Of a stretch of 64,000 nucleotides of DNA, positions 1 to 25,482 are shown one piece after another. Each line of letters opens with the position of its first letter. The stretch's first letter is position 1. Source of the DNA: Paraspadella gotoi (Eukaryota > Animalia > Chaetognatha); contig CM119270.1 of the NCBI GenBank assembly GCA_051294375.1, forward strand, positions 6,408,391 to 6,472,390, in the 5' to 3' direction. The notes below the pieces were generated by a model. That model was not told where the DNA came from and made no database searches. It saw nothing but the letters and a program-made list of their open reading frames with translations. A program made the translations under genes and the position numbers.

Positions 1-181
1 TAAAAAGTGCGTTTATAATTGTTAGGAAAGAAAAAAAAAATTTAAAAAACTTGAAGACTAAACGAAAATATGTTTTTATCTTTACCCCGAGCATCATAGC
101 TTTTTTTAAAAATAAAATAATTTTAAATCCACTAATTAAATACAATAATACACTAAAAATTGAACGTTCTCATCAACAAAG

Positions 182-9414
<9,233 letters not shown>

Positions 9415-10466
9415 CATGTAAATATAGTGTTTATTGTTGCACCTGCACGTTGATATACGTTATATACTTTTTTTTGGGGGGGGGTTTGTTTTCTTCTTCC
9501 TTTTTTTTTTTCTTCGGGATTTTATCGGAGAAAATATGATTCGGCTCAGGATGATCGAGACTGATAATTGCAGGAGCGGGTCAATTTATCAATGCGTTCG
9601 ATGCCCATTTTAATACAGAAACTTGGATAAAGATTTTGTAATTTTACCCTTGCTTATATTATTTATTTAGCCTCCGTGAGGTTTTACTGTTTAAAATTTA
9701 ATTATGAGAATACGGTGTCTTATACTTTTTAATTTAAAACAAATTTTACACTTTGCTATTTATAGGTAATTCGAGAGAAAAGTGAATTATCTTCTAATTT
9801 AAAAAAAAATGTTTTTTTTTTTAAATGACTGTACTTGGATAACTTTAAATTTTTTGAAATAAACACGCGATTGAATTCGCAATAATTTACTTCTCGTTCG
9901 ATATTAAGTTACTTAATAATATTCAATTAATTATGTAATGAAATTAAAATAAATTTAATAGATAGTTCAGCTCTTACAAGTCACAAGACAACGAACCGAA
10001 GATACTTTTAATCCTTCCCATCGTAATTTCCGTTGATAGGTTTTAAGTAATCTCTTAGTTTAAAAAAAAAGAAAAGAAAAAAAAATTAAAATTAAAAAAT
10101 AAAACATGAAAATGCAAATTTCACGGCGAATAAAAAAAGTAAGTAACTCATAAAAAACATTGGAATTAGAACAATTATTATCATTATCACTGTAAAACGC
10201 AAATTCTACATCAAATAATTAAAAACAAACGACGAAAAAAAAGAAGAAGACAAATCATTCTCTATCTCTTCTCCCAAATCACAGTTAAGATGTCCCGATC
10301 CTCTTCTCTCCTCCCTTTCTTCTCTTTCCTCTCTTTCCTGTCTTTCCTCTCTTTCCTCTCTTTTCTCCCTTTTCTCCCTCTCTTCCTGTCTCCTCCGTCA
10401 GCTCCTCAAGGCATTTCTCTTATCGTTTTTCCTCTACCAAATCTTCAAACTGGAATTCGCTCATTT

Positions 10467-12833
<2,367 letters not shown>

Positions 12834-13091
12834 GTGAGAACTCAAAAATTGATATTTTATTAATTGTTCTCTGATACCTCGTATATTCTATTTATTATCA
12901 TTTCGGCGTCTTATATTTACGGTGATTATATGATTATGCGATTATATCTTCCTTCAAACGCCATCCTAATTATTCCTGACTCTACGTAAAACACCTCACA
13001 ACCTTGTCTTTGTCAACTCAACCACATTCTCATTTCCACCTCACTCTCTCCCCTTCCCCTTCTCCTNNNNNNNNNNNNNNNNNNNNNNNNN

Positions 13092-15232
13092 GATTCGACG
13101 CACGCCGTTGGACTCGGCCGCGGCTGCGTCGTGCGCTGCTCTGGCGCCGGATGTGACGTCTGGAAAGTCAAATGGCGCCGGGTTAAGGATTCGGCGTCAG
13201 GTTCTTTCACACCAAGTGACGCCGGACATGAGCTCAGTTTGGCCAGAGTTTTATGGCGCGTGCCATCCGCACGATCGGCACAATTCAAACAGCTATAGCA
13301 AAATTCCCTTCGACATCGGACACCCTTGCGGGCAACCCCGGCGCTCTTAATTCTCTTCCTTCCGATGGCGCCTGGTGGTGTCCCTCTCTCTTCATACTTC
13401 GATACACATCTTCATGCGAATTCGGTACAGCATCGATGTCTTATGCAGCATTACGCGGAAGATGCTGCGGACAAACAAGCTCCAATCGGGTGTGAGCTGA
13501 ACTATTCGATTTTTCGCTCACTCTGTCCGGTCAGTCCAAGTTTCCATTTTGTCGTCATGCAACTTTTGGCAACCGGACGAATGGTGGTTGTTGGCCTTTT
13601 TCCTTATCCTTCCTTAATATCAAGAGAATTACTGACTCTACATTGGTTCAACAAAGATTTCACATAAGTATATTATCCCCTAGTTTTAAAATTCTATACT
13701 CCTCAATGCATAATTTTTTTAAAAATTTGTTATTTGCCTCAAATATATTTTTTGTGGTTGGCTTTTGCTGCGGTTCTCGTTGCGGTTCACTAATTTGATG
13801 ACTATTATTTCCTGATCTATTCCTCTCTACAACTATTAAATATCAGCCTTCCTATAACTTTTTTGGGGAGTGTTTGCTTGATTTCGCGAGTACAAATTAA
13901 TACAAATTAATACTCAAATTTAATAATTTTTTTAAAAAAAATCATATCGTCAGGTTTTAAACGGATTTTTGAGTTCGTCATCGCGTGGTCAATTCGTCTT
14001 CCTCCAACGAAAGATCAGAATCGATCGGTCGAATGCCATCGCGGCGTCCGCGACGTCAATCGGTCGTCGTCGTCGTCGTCGCGAAACGGAAGTCATCACT
14101 CGACGCCTTTCGACATTTCCTTAGGCAGCAAATCGACTGCATCAAACGCCCGAAGGCTCCTTCCGCCCCCGCCGCCGCTGCAGCAATCCGCGCAGCAATT
14201 CCGCAATTCCAGCAAAAAACGTCGCACGGCTCAACAACAGCAGCCGAGCAGCAACGAGCCGCAAGCCGGGAGACCGGAAGTTTGAATTTGAGTTGAGTGT
14301 TAAGTTTTAAGAAAATTTTAAAAGATTAAACCTAATTAAAATGTGAAATGAATTTAATGTTTAAACTACCGTGATTATATTTTAGGTTCTTTTAGCTCAT
14401 TTGGCCTCACGGATTCTAACAATTCGGATTTCTTGAAGGAATCTGTGAAACTCGCCTGTTTGCACGAAGATTGGGCAGGTAACATTGACATCTCGCAGTT
14501 TTAGGGGTGAGTTGTTTAATTTCTATATTATTATAAGTGATAAACACACTATGTGATATATGAGCATAAGCTCTTTTAAGCTGTTTATGGTGGAAGTTAA
14601 AAGATCTGAACAATTGGTCAAACATTAAATTCTTTTATTTTATTGTTTCTTTATCAGCATTTTTCTCTTTCCCCACGACTTCCCCCACAACCTTCTCCCA
14701 ACCCTCGCCAACCGCACCCCTTCTACATCCCTCTTCCACTGCCCCCTTCCACCCTATCTCTCACTTTCCCCCAGGGCCATGATGAGAGTCGTGCGGGCGG
14801 GCGACGCCACAGACATTCGACCTCCTCTGACGACATGGCGCGCTGGGCACAGTCGCTCACGACTTCTTCCAAAGACGGCATTTTAGGCTCCGGCGCTGGG
14901 GCGCTGGCGGCGACTGAGCGGCGGCGGGCTCGGCGAACCCGCAGGGAAGGCGGGTAGATTTATAGGAGGCGCCGGGAGCCGAAGTATTATTGAAAGAGCT
15001 GTTACACAGAGGGAAGGGCTGGCCGAATGATAGGAAAGATTTCATATCATTGCCTTGTCCTTTGTTTTTTTTTTTGTTTTCGAGTCCGAGTCCAGCGCCT
15101 TCGATCGTGAACCAACATCGACGCGATCCCTCCTCTTCCCTCTTTCCTCCTGCCTCGTCCCCGCAGTCAACGATTTTCCGCGGAACCTTTCGCGAGGACG
15201 ATTCAACTGGGAAAGTTTGTTGTAACTTGTAA
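13092..15232 (+). pseudogene. Frameshifted duplicate of FoxJ2/3 3' exons (probably an error-rich redundant copy rather than a true pseudogene)
   Basis: Same exon text as 7331-9414 with scattered indels. Confidence 0.7.
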
Positions 15233-16265
15233 TTGTGTTTTTGTTTGGCCGGCTGCAACGTTGTATCGTTTATACTTTTTTTTTTGGGGGGGGGGTTTGT
15301 TTTTCTCTTCCTTTTTTTTTTCACTTCGGTTTTATCGGAGAAATATAGATTCGAGATCAGGATGATGGACATGTTTGCGCGCGGGTCAATTTTTCAATGC
15401 GTTCGTCCCATTTTTAATACAGAAACTTGGATAAAGATTTTGTAATTTTACCCCTTGCTTATATTATTTATTTAGCCTCCGTGAGGTTTTACTGTTTAAA
15501 ATTTAATTATGAGAATACGTGTCCTTATACTTTTTAAATTTAAAACAAATTTTACACTTTTGCTATTTAATAGGTAATTCGAGAGTAAAAAGTGAATTAT
15601 CTTCTTAATATTTAAAAAAAAATGTTTTTTTTTAAATGACTGTACTTGGATAACTTTAAATTTTTTGAAATAAACACCGCGATTGATCGCAATATTTACT
15701 TCTCGTTGAGAGAGAGAGAGATTCATTAATTAATGTTAATGAAATTAAAATAAAGTTTAATAGGATAGTTCAGCTCTTACAAGCACAAGACAAACGAAAC
15801 GAAGATACTTTAATCCTTCCGCATGCGTAATTTCCGTTGATAGTTTTTAAGTAATCTCTTAGTTTAAAAAAAAAAGAAAAGAAAAAAATTAAAATTAGAA
15901 AATAAAAAAATGAAAATGCAATTTCACGGCGAATAAAAAAGTAAGTAACTCATAAAAAACATTGGAATTAGAACAATTATTATTATTATCACTGTAAAAC
16001 GCAAATTCTACATCAAATAATTAAAAACAAACGACGGAAAAAAAGAAGAAGACAAATCAATTCTCTATCTCTTCTCCCAAATCACAGTTAAGATGTCCCG
16101 ATCCTCTTCTCTCCTCCCTTTCTTTCTCTTTCCTCTCTTCCTGTCTTCCTCTCTTTCCTCTCTTTTCTCCCTTTCTCCTCTCTTCCTGTTCTCCTCGGTC
16201 CAGCTCCTCAAGGCATTTCTCTATCGTTTTTCCTCTACAAAATCTTCAACTGGAATTCGCTCATT

Positions 16266-19010
16266 ATGGCGAAAAAAAGAAGTAAGTACTCGGCTCTCGT
16301 TTGTGTCGTCGTCGTCGTCGTCGTCGTCGTCCTCTTCTTCTTTTCTTTGCTGAATTTATTTTATATATATTTTTACTTTCAGAAGCTATTATGGTGGACT
16401 AAAATTCCGCCAACAGTTTCAATCAGCGGCCATTGGGCATGAGCAAGTCAATCGCCTCCCAGTGGTGCCGGTGGTCGCCTTGCAATTAAGAGGGATTGGG
16501 GCACTTTAACCCGCTTGTAACACGGTTTTACACCTGATCCGAAGCTCAGGGACTGCTTAGATTGAACGGTTCTGTCAATAACTACTAACAATTATTACTG
16601 TCTCTTCGCTATTATTGTTTCTTTTGCTCGGTGAATTTTTACTAATATTTTACCCACGATTATGACGATCTTCTTTCCTCGCTCCATAGTTAATTAATAA
16701 TTATCTAATCCTGAAATCGCTATGACTCCGATTATTTTCCACACTCTCTCCATTCAACCCCGACCTCACCTCCCTTCCTTTCGCCATCCGCTGACAACGC
16801 GGGCGAGCTACGAATCCCTCATCTTTTCTCTCGGGATCGTCTTTGGATTGACGATATATTTTGTCGGCTTTGCTGCGCTCACTTCTTGTCGTAAGCGATA
16901 AGATAAGTCGCTTGACTTTTCAGCAGCGTAATATATGAATACCGATTCAATTTTTTCTTTATATTTTTTATGACAGAGTTCAGTTTTTCACCTTTTAATA
17001 AATCACAAAGTGTGGCAGCAAGACTTAAAGCTGCCTCACTGCTGTCCGTCCTCAGCCTCGTCTCAATGGCTGAGCAGCTAAAATCATTTCATTCATCCGT
17101 GCGTCCCGGGTCAATCCCCGGGTATCCTGGTTCTGGCTTAAATGTGCACAGTGCCGGTATAAACATGCCAGTGACAGGAGCGGTCACTGAGGGTCCGCAG
17201 CCCCTATGCCAGTTGGTGAGATACCCCGCGCCCGGGTATCACAGGCTATCCCCCGTTGCCATAAGTGGTGAGCCCAACTATCGAACACGCAACCGCTGCG
17301 TACCGTGCGCCCACGCTTACGTCGCTTAGGGTATGCCATATCACGGCCTATGCCTACTTCTCTGGTAACGCTCCAGACTCGCTCGCTCGCTCGCCTCTCG
17401 CTCTCACTATGGCAATGAGATCCAAAAACCTTCTCTCAGACATCTCCTCAGGGATTGGAGGCCCCCTGTGGAGAAGTCTGGTGGGGGATCCTGTGGCAGC
17501 AAGACTTAAAGCTGCCTCACTGCTGTCCGTCCTCAGCCTCGTCTCAATGGCTGAGCAGGCTAAATCATCTCATTCCATCCGTTGCGTCCCGGGTTCAATC
17601 CCCGGGTATCCCGGTTCTGGCTTAATGTGACGGTGCCGGTTATAAACATGCCAGTGACAGGAGGCGGTCACTGAGGGTCCGCAGCCCCTATGCCAGTTGG
17701 TGAGATACCCCGCGCCCGGGTATCACAGGCTATCCTCCCGTTGCCATAAAGAACCTATGATAACACCTCAGTATTTGATTGGTTGTCGTGGCAACACTTT
17801 TCCCTATCGCCAACCGCTCGACTACCTCAGCGCTATCCCGAGACGTAAGAGCGACCTTGGCGTTAGTGGCAATCGAGTAAGCTGGACGGGACGTCTACCC
17901 ATCTCAAGCTGTGGTACTACTCTCAAATCCACAGTTCTGAAGCTAGAGAATTACTGGCGGTAATCGTTAGTGCTATGTGTCACTAATTGTCTGTATTCGG
18001 CTTCACACCTTTTTTTCTTTAAGCATCTTCCACGCCCCGCTCGCCGTCCCAACCTTTTTTTAAAAAAGATGGCCGCCGCGAAAACCGAATTTCATAAGCT
18101 CGGTCGTTTTTTTTTCGCCTTCGCTTTAATTTCTCCGCCTCGATATCTCACCGGATTTCCTTTTCATGGTCCATCAATTCCAGTGAGAATAAATTGATTT
18201 ATCGATCAATTCAATCAATCACGCGCATCAAGTAAACCAACCAATCCAATCGTTAATAAAAAAGAATCATTTTGTAAATCAGTAATCGTATCAAACGAAT
18301 AATCATTCAAATCAGCAATTTCGCCGGATAATCGATCAATCAGTAAATTATTTTGCTATTGGTCTATCAATGCCTTCAAATATCTATCCGCCCATTCACC
18401 CTTCATCAATTAATTGTACACATCCGCCCATCCTTCCGTCAGCGTGGTGCTGCGTTCGCGCCTTCAGACGCGCTCAACTTTGCCACGCGGCTCGGACCAT
18501 GAAAGAAGTTTTTGAGGAGCGAGAGATGAATACTTCCGTGACTTGGGGGACGCTGCTGGGGGCACTGCGTACCCAAAAAGCCACCGACGGCGTCTACAGT
18601 GAAAGGTGAGTGAGGAAAGGTGAGTGATTGAGAAAAAGTCGGGCCAGGAGTATCATAACATTGAAGAAACAGTAATTATTGATTATTGATACAGCGGGTT
18701 AAGCGCCCCGTCCCTCTTAACTGCCAGGCGACACCGAGCTAGAACCCGGACCTTTGGTTGGGAGCAATGACTTGCCTCCGGCACCAATGACAGCTATGAA
18801 CGTTGGGGATTTTAGTCCACCATAAAACCTCTATTTTTTTTTTTTTTTATATTAGGGGACTGATCCTCTGGACCACAGTATTAAATTTGCTCTCGACGAT
18901 GATAGCGTCCCGTTTGCGATTGATTTGTTGCAGGAACAGGGACTTAAGGTAAATTAAAAACGTGGGAATTAATTGTTTGTAGCGTTTCTATCTCGCTCTC
19001 TCTTTTCTTA

Positions 19011-19064
<54 letters not shown>

Positions 19065-19067
19065 CTC

Positions 19068-19098
<31 letters not shown>

Positions 19099-19883
19099 TC
19101 TCTCTCTCCCTCCCTCAAGATCGAAAAGCTTTCCAATCAGTCGACGGCATTTCGCATCCTCGTGCCCGTCGAGCCTCGGTTGTGGCACGTGTATTCCTCT
19201 TGGGCCGCGGATTGGACGACGAACGTCTCCAAGACTCGATCGACGTTTATCCTTTTCTCGCCGTCGGCGACAAAAGATCGAGGCGGAGTCGACGAGCGGA
19301 TTTCTCTTCAATCCGACTCTGGGTCAGGATAGAATGTGGAAGGACGCGCTCTTTCGGTAAGAACTCAAAAATTGATATTTTATTAATTGTTCTCTGATAC
19401 CTCGTAAAGCTCGTATATTCTATTTATTATCATTTCGGCGTCTTATTTTTACGGTGATTATATGATTATGCGATTATATCTTCCTTCTCAAACGCCATCC
19501 AATTATTCCTGACTCTACGTAAAACACCTCACAACTTGTCTTTGTCAACTCAACCACATTCTCATTTCCACCTCACTCTCTCCCCTTCCCCTTCTCCTCA
19601 CCCTTTCCCTTACCTCTCCCCTTCCCTTCCCTTCCCCTTCCCTTCCCCTCACCCTCTCCCTTTCACTCCATCCTCTCCTTTCCCTTCCCCTTCTCCTCAC
19701 CTTTTCCCAACTCCCTCCTCAGTGACGTTTTCCCCACCGTCAACGGTCTCCGTTTGTGGCACACCCTTCCCAGCGCCTCGTCGACCGGCCGCCCTCCTCA
19801 GCCCCTTCTACGGCGACGATTACTTGACGCGACTCGATTTCGGCGCCGAAAATCCCAACTGCGGCAAATTCTTGGATTGCTGA
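16266..19883 (+). CDS. FKRP/LicD-like gene copy B, including terminal exon 19723-19883
   Basis: Same exons as copy A plus TVSVCGTPFPAPRRPAALLSPFYGDDY...C*, the typical LicD C-terminal F-P-A-P...L...YG motif; frameshifts from sequence noise. Confidence 0.75.
16390..16608 (+). mobile_element. Solo LTR family 2 (duplicate of 10591-10810)
   Basis: Same sequence and CTAT TSD. Confidence 0.8.
17011..17747 (+). mobile_element. Full-length TRIM (non-coding LTR retroelement), family 1
   Basis: Direct repeats 17011-~17262 and 17492-~17747 (TGTGGCA...TGCCA(TA)); PBS TGGTGAGCCCAAC at 17266; purine-rich tract before the 3' LTR; AAAG (or AAG) duplicated on both sides; empty site at 11208-11211. Confidence 0.92.
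18662..18824 (-). mobile_element. Solo LTR family 2 (duplicate of 12127-12291)
   Basis: Same sequence within the duplicated block. Confidence 0.75.
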
Positions 19884-20918
19884 ATCGCGGCGTCGTTCGG
19901 CGCGACGTGGAGCGGCGTCGAACGGTGCCAGGAGAATCGGCGCCGTGTTTCGTTTTCTGGGATCATCTATTCGGCGCCGATTATTTTGTTTCATCCTTAT
20001 TCCATCATTTAAGTTTTTTTAAAGCATATGGCGCGTTTGATGATAATGGGTACTAGGAAGCTATATAAATTTTTTTTGTAAAAACTTGGTTATTTAAAAT
20101 AAAAATTCAAAAATAAATTCAACTGGTAATAATGTAATTTTAGGCAGTTCACACAAGATTAGAGGCTTAGAGATTAGTAACGTTAAAATTAGATTTAACC
20201 GATTATTTGTCCCGGATTTCAAGGCTTACTTTTTTTTTAAAAAATGGTACAACCTATCATGTTCCATTCGGTTTTTACATTCTCATTACATTTTAAAGTT
20301 TTTCCTTTAATCTTCATAAAACCTAAGGCTTTCGATGTTTAACATTAGAAATCACGATTTTGATTTTTTTTTTTTTTTTTAATTTTTTTTTCTCAAATTA
20401 AAATTGGGTGAATTTTCCCTCAAACTGCTATCGTTTTTTCCTCTCGTCAACCTTCGCCATTTTCGCCATTTTTAGAAACGAAATTTTATTTCCTCCATTT
20501 TTTAGCCGAATTTTTTTGTCTCTTTTTTTTTTGGAGGCGAATTTTATTTCGACCTTAAAAAAAAAAGAGAGAAAAAATTTAAAAGGTTAAAAAATATTTG
20601 AGTTGTTGTTGTTGTTATCGAAATCCGTGTTTCTTTTTCATTCAATCTAACTTTGGCAATTCGTAAAGTATAAATTGTTTATAGTATTAATTTCCTTACT
20701 ACCTTCTCTTAACAAAATAAACAAAACGTAGGTGATTATAGTATATTCATATAGTATATGAATTATGTGATTATCGTATATTCATATATGATAGCTCATT
20801 TATTAAATGAATGGATAATTTTTATAATGGTTGTACCAATTTCATAGTATATATCATTTTCATTACTTCCTTTCTTATCTTCTATCATCGAGTCCTATTT
20901 TACCCTGTCAGCTCGTTT

Positions 20919-21031
<113 letters not shown>

Positions 21032-21741
21032 CGTCAGTCACTTTCCTCTCCGCGCCCGCCACGCCGCCTTCCCGTTTTCGATTCGCTCCCCTCCAAAGTG
21101 CCCGACGCTTTTTTGTTTACCAGAAATGGCAGCCAGGAGGTAGTGTACTAAAAAACCTAAATAACAACAACAACACAACAACAGAGGCCGGAGAAGGAAG
21201 GGCTTGGCTGGAGAAACTGGAATAAGGTAGGGGGGGAGAGTAGGAAGGAAAGGAAAGTAGCGAAAGGAAAGAAAAAGGAGAGGTTGAAAAAGGAATGAAA
21301 AGGAAAGAAAAAAGATGGAAGAAAACGGAGAGAAGGAAGGGAGGAAAGAAATTTGCCGTCGCCCGGGCGTTACTGGGAGGAGGAGGAGGAGGAGGAGGAG
21401 GAGGAGGAGGAAGAGGAAAAAAGGAAGAAGAACAAGTCGAGCTTAAGGAGATAAAAAAGGAGGGGCTTCTATTGCTTTCATATTTCCTCTCTCTTTTTAA
21501 GATGTGTTGAACATTGGGAGTAAAAAAATAGGGTAAAAAAACCAAAATGTAAATAATGAAACTATATATTTCCAGATAAATATTTAAATAATATTAATAT
21601 TGCGCCATGTATAATTTTTATAAATTTAAAAAAAAAAANNNNNNNNNNNNNNNNNNNNNNNNNAAAATGCACAAAAAAATTGGTATAAAAATAGATTTTA
21701 TTCGTCAGCTCTTTCTCTGCCCCTCCTCTCTCTCTCTCTCG

Positions 21742-21778
<37 letters not shown>

Positions 21779-23448
21779 ATTCTTCTCTCTCTCTCTTTCT
21801 TTCTCCCCGCTCTCGTCTCATCTCTAAATTTCTTTTCTTAAATTCGGTTTAGATTGGTCTTAAGGATTTTGGTTGTCGTCGTCGTGTCGTCTGTGTGTTT
21901 TGCTCGTCATAGTCGAATAATCATGAGTCACATTCCGTTTGAGAGAAAAAGAGAGATAGAGAGCGAGACGCAGAGAGAGTAGATAAAAGAGAGAAAAGAA
22001 GATTCCCCCCCCCAAAAAAACAGCGAAAAATTTCGAGTTCCCCAGAATTGAACCGACTTCATTCATCCAGTCGACCTCACCATTTACGTTGTTTTCTTTC
22101 ATCCGAAACTTCCTTTTTTCCCCAATCACCACTTATAACAACCTCTCCACCTAAAATCCGCTTCAACACTTTACCTTCCACTCCCTCCTCATCAATCCTG
22201 TTTCGGGGCTGCCACTCGACCTCCGCCTTTCACCAATCTACAACATCCTCATATTCGCGCTTTAGCATTGACACCCGGAATCCACTACCGGTCCTACCTC
22301 CACTTTGCAGGCATTTGCGTCAATTTCACCAAGTCCTCACCTCTCCCCCACACCCACCCTTTTCCAGCGGCATCAGATACCTTTTTCCTTTCTCCCTTCA
22401 CACGCTTATTCCCCAACCAGTGCCTTGGCATCCCTCATAGCGGTTCCAACCCCATTTTTTTTTTTTGGCTGGGGGCGCGCCCCATCCCAACCTTTTTCCC
22501 CGCGGCGCCCCCCCGCCCAACATTCTGCGACGCTCACCCCACCTTTTTCCAGTGGCGCCCACCCATTTTCGGTGAGCGCCGATTCCACGCGAATCCAGGA
22601 CTCGCTAATGATTAAAACGATCTTGGTTTTTTTTTTTTTACTTTTTTTTTTTTTGCCGTCAGAAGTGAAGTTGAGAGAAAAAAAAAGCGGAAAAGTTTTT
22701 CGTTGGACGACGGAATGATGAGAAGGGGTTGAGTTGGTGGAGGAAGGGAGGAAGGGGGGAAGGTGGGGGAAAGGGGGACGAGGGTAGAGAGCATGGTGGA
22801 AGGGGGAAAATGGGAAGAAAAGTTAAGAAGGAACTGAAAGAGAAATGGTTGAATGAGATTTAGGAACAAAGATGGAGATTAGAAGATTAAGAAATTGTTG
22901 TCGTTGTGATTTGGAAGATTTAGAGGAAAAACTAAAACCAAGAATTAATTTAAGTTGAAAAATACAATCGACACAGATGCGACAAAATACTATGTGTCAA
23001 TATGTGATAAAAAATATTTTTATTTTTCAATAAAGAACGAAAGAAAAAAAAATAATAAAACGAAACAAACTGTAAAGAAAAAAAATTCCTCAAAATGAAC
23101 TAAATGATAATAAATGAAACTTATTTTCCACGAAACCACTGAAATTTGCGATGAGAGAAGAGAAAAAAGAGTTTTGGTTTCAAAACTCGCATAATCTCAA
23201 ATTTCAGGGTCGATCAATTTTGTTTTTTTTCGGTGGAGTTTTTTTCATATTCTTACTTCTTTCCTTGTTTTTTTTTTTCCTTAGTTCTTTTTTCTTTTCC
23301 CGTTTTTTCTTTCTTACCTTTATTTTTCAAAGTTTCCCCTTTTTTTTTCTTAGTTTCTTGTGTTTTTTTTTGGCGATGAAATTTGTTTTGTTGAGAAGAA
23401 AAAGTGCGAAATAACAAGTTTTCTCTCTCTCTCTCTCTCTCTCTCTCT

Positions 23449-23501
<53 letters not shown>

Positions 23502-25482
23502 TCTCTTTTTCCCCTTTTTCTCTCTCTCTTTTGTGTTTCTAGGTGCTATTTTATCTTACCGTTATGCCGCCATTTTTAATCCGATGTCTTTTTAATTTCA
23601 TTTTTCTCTTTAAAATCTCGTTTATTTCCGAGACCGAGATGACAGCAATGATGCGAGGAGGAGAGAGAGAAGAGAGAGAGAAGAGAGGAGAGAGAGGAGG
23701 AGAGAGTTTTTCAACCTTGTAAACAAGCGTTTAAGTTCCTTGTGACATTCCACATCCAACTCATATCGTTTTAAAATCTATCTTCAAGTTTACACGCACT
23801 TTTTTACTTTAGATAATGGGAATATTTTACAAGCTATAATAATATTTAATAATTTTTTTTTCTCCTTTCATTTCTCAAGCAAAATTCAGTATTTTGTTTT
23901 TTCGTTTTTAAAACCAAATCGCCAGAATGTCGGTTGTTCGGAGTAAGCAAAAACAAAGATTCAACTTTTTCCGTTTTAACCATTTAAATTTTTCATATTA
24001 AAATTTTAAAAACTTTGACTTTTGATAAACACATTATATATTACGACTGCTCCAGTGTTTTTTAAACCATTTTTTTTTGCACAAATTACAATATACGTGG
24101 GCGTATGAATTGATTTGATTAATAAAACCATTAAAGTTTAATATTGAAGGGCGAATTAACCTCGCGAAAATGTTGTACACAATTCTAACTTTAGGAGTCA
24201 ATATCGCGTTCGACCTTCGCGTTTCCTTTTTTAAAAAAATTTACAAATAAAAAAAAAATTTAAAACGCGTATATTTGTATCAGTATTAAACAACAGTTTC
24301 ATTAAAAAAAAACTTATGCTTTAATTCAAATATATTAATTTCATTTTGGAAGGTAATCATGACTATTTCATTTCTTTCTTTCGACCTCATTCTTAAACCC
24401 TTCTTTCCTTAAACAGTCTAAATTGGATTATTTATTCTCGAGTCGTCTTTAATCGCTAAAGTTTTCCTCAACTTCTCCCCCGCTTCATCTCCTTATCATC
24501 GCCACGTCCTCTTTCCTCTTTCCTCCTCCACCTCCTCACCTTTCCTCCTAACACTCCTCCACGTTGCGCCGCACCACCTCCACTCCGTCCGCCGGTGAAA
24601 CATGTAAATCGTGAATAATTCTCTGTGGACTTGAGGTCGTTCGACATCTTCTTCGGAGGCTGTCCGAATCAGGATGAAATCATTAGAACTTTGGTTACTC
24701 GTACCAAAGAATAAAAGTTTTCGCATTATATTCTATGGGATAGGCGGCCTTACCCCTGACTATGGACAGGGCTATGGTCGTTCAGGCCTTCATCATTTCT
24801 TACAACTGGATTATATTACTTAATTATTTCCAACCAAATGATGCAATACTTAAAAAAGGAATTAATCAGTTGAAAACAATCAAATAATAAAAACTTCATC
24901 AATGAAGCAACTCATAATGAACAATTTAAACCCAAACCAAAAAAAATTTTATACTGGCGGTGACTCAAAACGAGAATATTGAGAAAATTCGAGGCGACGT
25001 GTTTTTCGTATGAAGAAAAATCGTACATTATCCAAAAACAGAGTAAAAGCGAAAAAGAGTAAAAATAATAACAATAACCAACTCGTATTACATTGGCTGA
25101 GAAAAAAAGGTCAGCCATAACAAGTATCAGGTAAACAGGTCATTCTTATTGAACCACTTACTGGTACTACGGGTCACAAAGTCACAAGACGTTCATTCGT
25201 CGTCTTCGTCGTTCGTAGTTCGTCGTCGTTTTCGTCGTCCGTCGTCGTCTTTGTTCAAATCATTGAGCTCCCAAATACAAAACAAATTTAATTTTTTCAA
25301 GTAAAGTACCAATTTGTTCCGGCTTTTTCTGAGGGACCAGTTGAAAAAGTCTTCTCTCTTCCTTCCTTGATGAACTGGAGAGGATAACAGAGGGAATAAC
25401 AGTTACGGAAATAGTAGTAGTTGCTATCAACAAAATAAATAATTATAAAAACAAAAAACAAACAAAAAGGAAACAAGGGAAC

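Larger units (their letters stand above)
13092..19598. repeat. Tandem duplication 1, copy B (indel-rich; carries an extra TRIM)
   Basis: Colinear with 7331-13066, many 1-bp indels, plus the insertion at 17011-17747. Confidence 0.95.

Noticed and set aside
17135-17170. TAA...TGCCGGT in the family-1 LTR as a twister ribozyme
   Set aside because: Lacks the following CCCAAGCCCGG-type segment and pseudoknot pairings
17266-17290. tRNA gene fragment (GTTCGA...CCA on the minus strand)
   Set aside because: Spacing from the T-loop to CCA is too short and there is no cloverleaf; explained as the PBS
16970-17630. ORFs of 119 and 121 aa over the TRIM
   Set aside because: Start outside or cross LTR boundaries, no gag/RT motifs, frames not conserved between LTRs
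21038-21139. Possible orphan exon SLSSPRPPRRLPVFDSLPSKVPDAFLFTRNGSQE
   Set aside because: AG/GT bounded but no recognisable homology or linkable neighbouring exons; left unannotated
24740-24800. Box C/D snoRNA (ATGATGA on the minus strand)
   Set aside because: No terminal D box or closing stem at a suitable distance
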